This document shows, piece by piece, positions 58,927 through 64,000 of a DNA stretch of 64,000 bases. The DNA is from Polyangiaceae bacterium. GTDB lineage: Bacteria > Myxococcota_A > Polyangia > Polyangiales > Polyangiaceae. A program made the translations under genes and the position numbers. Positions within the stretch are counted from its first letter, which is position 1, and every line of letters starts with the position of its first letter. Location: contig JBILLK010000007.1 of NCBI GenBank assembly GCA_044376115.1, positions 128,001-192,000 of the forward strand, in the 5' to 3' direction. The notes below the pieces were generated by a model, which saw only the letters and a program-made list of their open reading frames with translations, ran no database searches and was not told the origin of the DNA.

Positions 58927-59199
58927 AAGCTATTCAGTGAGGTCGTCAGCCCATCACCTTCCCACAAGGGGCACGGTAGCCTCACCGGCTCTCCCCGGTA
59001 GGGGGCCCTCCCGCGTTGGGAGAAACACCGGATGCGTTGTTGGCTCAGCTCTCCCAACGCGGGAGGGCCCCCTACCGGGAGAGAGCCAAGAACAGGCTAC
59101 CTTGCGATGTGTGATGCGGCGAATTTCCAGGACGGCGCAACACCGTCCTTGCGCTCGAGGCGCATAGGCTGGTGAGCTGACGCCCTCACTGCATAGCTT
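58927..59199 (-). ncRNA. msr-msd: Retron msr-msd non-coding RNA
   Basis: a1/a2 inverted repeats 58927-58950 and 59176-59199 (22/24 match); msr stem-loops 59150-59164 and 59129-59149; msd hairpin 58975-59101; directly upstream of the RT. Confidence 0.95.
58975..59101. repeat. msd long hairpin
   Basis: Perfect 30-bp stem 58994-59023/59050-59079, one bulged A (59080), 7-bp stem 58987-58993/59081-59087, outer 8-bp stem GGTAGCCT/AGGCTACC. Confidence 0.97.
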
Positions 59200-59292
59200 C
59201 TCGTCTCGTTCGTTCTCCTTCGTGACGTGCGAACCCGAGGCCGCACGGTAGCTTGTACTCCGCCGTTGAGCCAGAGGGCTCAGCAGCAACCT

Positions 59293-61125
59293 TCATGCAC
59301 TCTCTGCGTCGATATCGATGAAGCCCTCCTTGGCCAGTTGATCCAGTCGCTCGAAGTAGGCGTCGCGGGCGGCGCTATCGCTGTCGAACCACAAGCGCTG
59401 GAAGCGCGGCTCCGCCAGCGCCTCACCCGCCGCCGTTTCATGCACTTCGGAGCGCACCGTGCGGTCGTCGAGGGTGAGCCGGCAGCGGCGCTGGTAGCCG
59501 GCCGAATCACGCTGCAAGAAGGTGCGCGTCTCGGCGCGAATGAGCTTGCGGCCCTCGGGCGTTAGACGCAGCCGCTCGGTCTCGGCGGCCTTGCGTTTGA
59601 AGAATACGAACAGCGCGATCATGTGCTCGCATGGGCCCTCTCGCAGCGCGGAACGTTGATAGCTCGGGCAGTTGCAGAACGCCTCTTTCACCTGGCCCTC
59701 GAGGTTCGACGTGAAGCGTGGGGCAAAGGAGCGACGGGCTTGAGCGTCCACCACCTCACCACTGATCTCGTTGCCCTCGCCGGAGAGGTTGTGCAGCTTG
59801 GTGATGGTGATGGCCTTGTCTGCGGCAAGCAGCCTGTGAGCCGCTGCTTCACGTGGCGACCCAAAGCGAATGGCGGCCAAGTCCACCGGCTGGGGCAACA
59901 GCGCGCGCGGCCGAAACACGCCGCGGTCACGATCGAAGAGCACCTGCCCGCGCAAGCAGGCCTGTTGCAACAGCGCCCGTAGCTCGAGCTCGGTGTGTTT
60001 GGTGCTGGCGGCGAGCTGGGCCAAGCTGCGCGGCCCTTCGGCCGCCAGCAGCTTGGCCACAGCGTCCACCTCGGCTTGTTTGCCTTCGTTCGGGATCAGC
60101 GCATCGAACGAGGCCGTGCTGCCCCATTGGCTCTCGGCCCAGCTGGTGAACGCCACCGTCATCCGCGCGAGGCCCATGTCGAGCACCCAGAACGACGGTA
60201 AGCCGGCGCCCAGGAGGTGAATCTTGACCGAACGAAGATGGGGCAGCGCCCGCGTAAGCGCGAGCAAGCGCTGGCGGCCGTAGAGCCGCACGATGCGAGG
60301 GCTCGGGCCCGCATACGGAGCGCCGTGCGTCTCGACCGTGATCTCCCACGGCTCCAAGGTGAGCCGCGGCCTCTCTCCCGGAACCAACTCGAAGCGCAGC
60401 CCGCGCGGCGGCTTCTTGGCCTTGCGCGTGCGCAAGGTGAAGAGCACGTTGTAGAGATCCACCGGCTTGAGTTCGAGCGTGGTGGCAGGCAGCGTGGCCG
60501 CTGATTGCACCTGCAAGAAGCCACGCAGCCACGGGTCAGGCAACTCGACGCTGCGCTGGTGCGCAGCCGCTGCAGCGCCCTTGGCCTCGGTGCTGGCCGC
60601 AAATTCGAGCGGTTGGTAGCTGCGCAGACGCTCGACTTGTTCGAGCAACGCAGGCGATAGGTCCGCCAGCGTGGTGCCGTGCGCTGCGGTCCTCTGCTCG
60701 AACAGCGCGTTGTCGAAGGCCAAGCGCGCGTAGGCGCTCTCATCCTTCGAGAACACCTCGAGCGAAACCTCGTCCGGGTCCACGCTGAGGATCGGATCGA
60801 GCCCGCGCGGCCGCGGGGCCTCATCGCCGAAGGCGTTCTCGAGGAAGGACTTCTGTGCCTCCCAGATGGCCTTGCTGGCCTTCTTGCCCTGCTTCATCAA
60901 GTAGGCCAAATAGGCTGTGCGATCTTTGCCCTTGTAGCGCAGGTCGCTATCGCGAATCGCCGCTGCGAGCAGCAGGGCGTCACGAAACAGCTCGACCTGT
61001 TTGACCCGGCCGCTCACGCCCACCGTGCGTGCGCCTTCGAGCGCGAGCTCCAAGCTCGAGGCGGCCGGCGTTGCTAGCACCTGGCTGGGTGCGGCATAGC
61101 GAAGTTCAAGAATGCGGGCGCTCAC
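59293..61125 (-). CDS. Retron-associated SWIM zinc-finger protein with degenerate C-terminal WGR-like domain
   Basis: LDPILSVDPD...EVFSKDESAY, WLRGFLQVQSA, FCNC...PCEH (SWIM), C-terminal FDSDSAARDAYFERL..L.KEGF; GTGA overlap with the upstream gene. Confidence 0.88.
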   Translation of the reverse strand: MSARILELRYAAPSQVLATPAASSLELALEGARTVGVSGRVKQVELFRDALLLAAAIRDSDLRYKGKDRTAYLAYLMKQGKKASKAIWEAQKSFLENAFGDEAPRPRGLDPILSVDPDEVSLEVFSKDESAYARLAFDNALFEQRTAAHGTTLADLSPALLEQVERLRSYQPLEFAASTEAKGAAAAAHQRSVELPDPWLRGFLQVQSAATLPATTLELKPVDLYNVLFTLRTRKAKKPPRGLRFELVPGERPRLTLEPWEITVETHGAPYAGPSPRIVRLYGRQRLLALTRALPHLRSVKIHLLGAGLPSFWVLDMGLARMTVAFTSWAESQWGSTASFDALIPNEGKQAEVDAVAKLLAAEGPRSLAQLAASTKHTELELRALLQQACLRGQVLFDRDRGVFRPRALLPQPVDLAAIRFGSPREAAAHRLLAADKAITITKLHNLSGEGNEISGEVVDAQARRSFAPRFTSNLEGQVKEAFCNCPSYQRSALREGPCEHMIALFVFFKRKAAETERLRLTPEGRKLIRAETRTFLQRDSAGYQRRCRLTLDDRTVRSEVHETAAGEALAEPRFQRLWFDSDSAARDAYFERLDQLAKEGFIDIDAESA

Positions 61126-64000
61126 GATCGTTGCTCCTGGGCAAGGCGGCGTTGTGCGCGCCGGAGCGCGCGGAAGGCAGCTTTGCGTACCGGCTCCGGC
61201 TCACGCGAGTCTTTGCTCGCGAGCCGCGTCAGCGCGTCCAACGAGGCTTGGTCGGTTGAAAGCCCGAGCGCCGCGATGCTCTCCAAACGGCCTTGGTGCT
61301 TGGCGTCGAAGGCTGCGGCGATCAGCGGCTCGAGGCTGCGTTTCTCCAACAGCCAAGGCACCATCGAGCGGCGATCCTCGGCGGTTGTGAGCGGCCCGGC
61401 TTGGAACAAGCTGCGCTTGAAGATCACCGGATCGAAGGTGCTGCCCTCCGCGCGCCCGGCGGCTTGTTTAGCCTGGCCCAACGCTGACGCTGCTTCAGCG
61501 CGCACGCGCAGGTCCGGGTCCTCCAGCGCGGCGCGTAGGGCGTTGACGTCGGCGGCGCCGAGCGCGCGTGCTGCCTCGACGCGCACCGAACTCGGCTCGT
61601 TACGGTCGCTGAGAAGCGTGGTCGCGAGCTGTACGAGGTCGGGCGCTCGAGCGCGCCGCGCGGCCCACAGCCCGCGCTGCTCCACCTCGGTCTCGTGCCG
61701 CACCTCGGTCTCGTTCTTGAACTTGCGCGCGTATTTGCGTTGCTCCGAGCCGTTGCGAGCCGCTGCTACCAGTGCGCGACCGACAGCTTCACGCGCAGCC
61801 GGGTTCGCGAACTCGGTGACGCCGGAGACCCAGCTCGCCTCGGCGCGAGCCGCCGCGGAGCCGCTTTGCAGCAACTGGGCGAGCTGCGCGTGGGGCAGGG
61901 AAGGTCGCCGTGCGAGGCCGTAACGCAACCGTTCGCGCAGCAGCGGGTTCTTGATCGTCGCGAGCTTCGCCAAGAGCTCGGCTGGTTCACCTTGCTGCGA
62001 GAGAAACGCCGCGGCGGGCTCGGAGATGTCGGTCCACTCGCTCTCCACTGCATGCAGCTCCACGCGCGTGCGCTCGTTCGGAAAGATCGTCTCCAAGGCT
62101 TCGCGCGCGGCCCAGCGGACGTGCACGAAGGGATCGCGCAGCACAGCGGCGAGCGCGGCCTCCGACGCGCCGTCTTTGAGCTGCGCGAGCAGCTCGCAGG
62201 CCAAGCGCCGCTCTTCGGGTTGCTCCGCAGCGAGCGCCGCACGCAGCCGCGCTCGCGAACGCTCGTCGCCCAGGCCACGCAGCGAGCGCAGGCCCGCGAG
62301 CACCAGCGCCGGGGCTTTCGAGACCAGCATCGACTCGATCCGATCGCGGAGCCGTTCCTGGGCGTCGGCGTCACGCACGTGCTGATGGAGCAGGCCAAGC
62401 GCTTCGACCGCGGCGGCCTGCATCGACTCTTCGACCGGCGCTTCTTCAGTGCCACCGCCGGCGATGAGCTCGAGCTCCTCCAGCGCGCGTACGTCGCCCA
62501 GCGCACCGAGCCCGAGAATGGCTCGTTCGCGTTCGCCCTCTTCCCCAGCCCGCACGAACAGCAAGAGCGGCCTCAGGGCGAGCGAGCCGTCCGGCTGGGC
62601 AATGTGTGCGAGCCCGAGCGCGGCCGCGAGCATCGTCTCCCGCGCGCCCGCGCGAATCACCGCTGCTAGCGGCGCTGAGTCGGCCGACTTCTTCTCGACG
62701 CGAAGGGCGTAGGCCGCGACGGCCGCGGCGCGCACTTCGACGTTGCGATCGGCGAACAGCTTGGTCAGCGTGGCGTCGGCCGAGGGGTCCACGAGATCGC
62801 TGAGGCGCTTGGCCGCCTCGAGGCGCACCTCGGCGTGGTGGCTTTTGACCGCCGCGTTGCAGAAGCGCAACGCAAACTCTTGCTGGGTCTCGGCCTGTGG
62901 GCCGACGTACCCTGGCGCGCCCGGCAGCAGGCGCTTCACATCGGAGCGCGGACCGATCAACTGCAGCGCCACGTTCAAGGCCGCCGCGCGCACAATCGTT
63001 TCGTCATCGCTTAGGCGCAAGAGCGCCGCCTCGAGCGCGCTGCTCGCGCCGGCGCTGTTCGGCCAGAGCTGCGCCAGCGCCGCGATAATCTGCGCTCGTT
63101 CGGCTGGGCTCTCCAGCTCGTCGCAGCGTGTGGCCAGCTGCGCGACGGCGCTCGGACTTGCGAGGCGCACCAGCCCGTCGCGCGCTCGCGCGCTCACCGC
63201 GGCATCCCCGCCACGTAGCGCCGCCCCGAGCACTGGCGCCGCTTGCTCGTTGCCGCGCGCTGCCAAGAGCTCGGCGGCGCGCAACCGCAGGTCTTCATGA
63301 TCGCTCGCGAGAGCCGACACCAGCGCCGCGTTCACGCGCGGATCGTTCGAGCTCGAGAGGCGCTCCAGCACGCCTATACGCAGGTCCGAATGGGCGCTGG
63401 CGAGCGCTGCCAAGAGCGGCTCCAGGCTGCCGGGCGCGGCGGTCTTTTCGAGCAACGAAAAGGCGTAACGACGCGCCTCCACCACTTGCGAATCGAGCGC
63501 CTTGACGATCTGCGCCCGCCCCGCGTCGCCGAGCGTCACGAGCTCGTCAAGCGCTGCGCGCACCACGTCCGCGGCGCTCGAACCGAGCGCGAGCTCAAGC
63601 ACCTGCGTGCGCTCAGACTGCGTGTTGCGCAGCGCGGCCAGGGCGCTCTTACGCACGGTGTGATGCGCGTCATCGAGAGCGCGCGCCAGCGCCGGAGTCG
63701 CGCTCTCGGCCGTGACGGCGCCGAGCTTGACCAACTCGACGATGCGTTCGATCGCATCACGGCGAATGCGCGGCCCCTCTTCTTCGCCACCACTTTGGCG
63801 CAGGAGCCCGAGGTAGGCCCCGAAGGCGAGCAAGCGCAGTCGCAGCTGCTCTTCACCGCTCACCGGCGCCGGGGGAGCCTGCTCCTCCGGCTTCGCGTTC
63901 GGCTCGCTCGTCCCGCGCGTAAAGATGCGGCGCAGCAGGCCGAGCGGCCCCTTCGTCGCGGGCTCCTCGGCGATCGGCGCGCCCTCCGGCGCCGTCTCCG
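61122..64000 (-). CDS. Large HEAT/ARM-repeat protein (5' end beyond the window)
   Basis: Many L..AL.D....VR..A repeats. The frame stays open from 63863 to the window edge (ETAPEGAPIAEEPATKGPLGLLRRIF...), so the listed start at 63863 is probably internal. Confidence 0.9.
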   Translation of the reverse strand, partial: ETAPEGAPIAEEPATKGPLGLLRRIFTRGTSEPNAKPEEQAPPAPVSGEEQLRLRLLAFGAYLGLLRQSGGEEEGPRIRRDAIERIVELVKLGAVTAESATPALARALDDAHHTVRKSALAALRNTQSERTQVLELALGSSAADVVRAALDELVTLGDAGRAQIVKALDSQVVEARRYAFSLLEKTAAPGSLEPLLAALASAHSDLRIGVLERLSSSNDPRVNAALVSALASDHEDLRLRAAELLAARGNEQAAPVLGAALRGGDAAVSARARDGLVRLASPSAVAQLATRCDELESPAERAQIIAALAQLWPNSAGASSALEAALLRLSDDETIVRAAALNVALQLIGPRSDVKRLLPGAPGYVGPQAETQQEFALRFCNAAVKSHHAEVRLEAAKRLSDLVDPSADATLTKLFADRNVEVRAAAVAAYALRVEKKSADSAPLAAVIRAGARETMLAAALGLAHIAQPDGSLALRPLLLFVRAGEEGERERAILGLGALGDVRALEELELIAGGGTEEAPVEESMQAAAVEALGLLHQHVRDADAQERLRDRIESMLVSKAPALVLAGLRSLRGLGDERSRARLRAALAAEQPEERRLACELLAQLKDGASEAALAAVLRDPFVHVRWAAREALETIFPNERTRVELHAVESEWTDISEPAAAFLSQQGEPAELLAKLATIKNPLLRERLRYGLARRPSLPHAQLAQLLQSGSAAARAEASWVSGVTEFANPAAREAVGRALVAAARNGSEQRKYARKFKNETEVRHETEVEQRGLWAARRARAPDLVQLATTLLSDRNEPSSVRVEAARALGAADVNALRAALEDPDLRVRAEAASALGQAKQAAGRAEGSTFDPVIFKRSLFQAGPLTTAEDRRSMVPWLLEKRSLEPLIAAAFDAKHQGRLESIAALGLSTDQASLDALTRLASKDSREPEPVRKAAFRALRRAQRRLAQEQRS

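Noticed and set aside
58975..59101. Long hairpin as terminator or MITE
   Set aside because: No U-tract or target duplication; its position between a1/a2 marks it as msd.
1..64000. tRNA, rRNA, transposase, integrase or CRISPR array
   Set aside because: None recognised by eye; a covariance-model and repeat scan would be needed to exclude them.

Overview
High-GC window whose gene content (many lipoproteins, TIGR04563-like, PilZ and GspE-N proteins, an Mx162-like retron) points to a myxobacterium; this is inference from content only. Left end: a minus-strand T6SS spike cluster (DUF2169, vgrG, and a second vgrG running off the window and missing from the ORF track). Middle (5-49 kb): a patchwork of short accessory genes, mostly lipoproteins, beta-propeller proteins (Kelch, FG-GAP, RCC1, WD40), an ECF sigma/anti-sigma pair and hypotheticals, with three apparent frameshifts. 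45-55 kb: more housekeeping-like genes (ftsB, nagZ, trpG/pabA, a degenerate TrpC-like gene, a CBS/CorC protein). Right end (55.4-64 kb) is the highlight. A complete myxobacterial retron (msr-msd with 24-bp a1/a2 arms and a perfect 30-bp msd stem, plus RT) sits downstream of HEAT-repeat and SWIM/WGR-like genes. It abuts tail-to-tail a SWIM-ATP-dependent DNA ligase-WGR fusion and a tandem-WGR gene, so SWIM and WGR modules surround the retron on both sides. All family calls come from motif recognition by eye; no database search was run.
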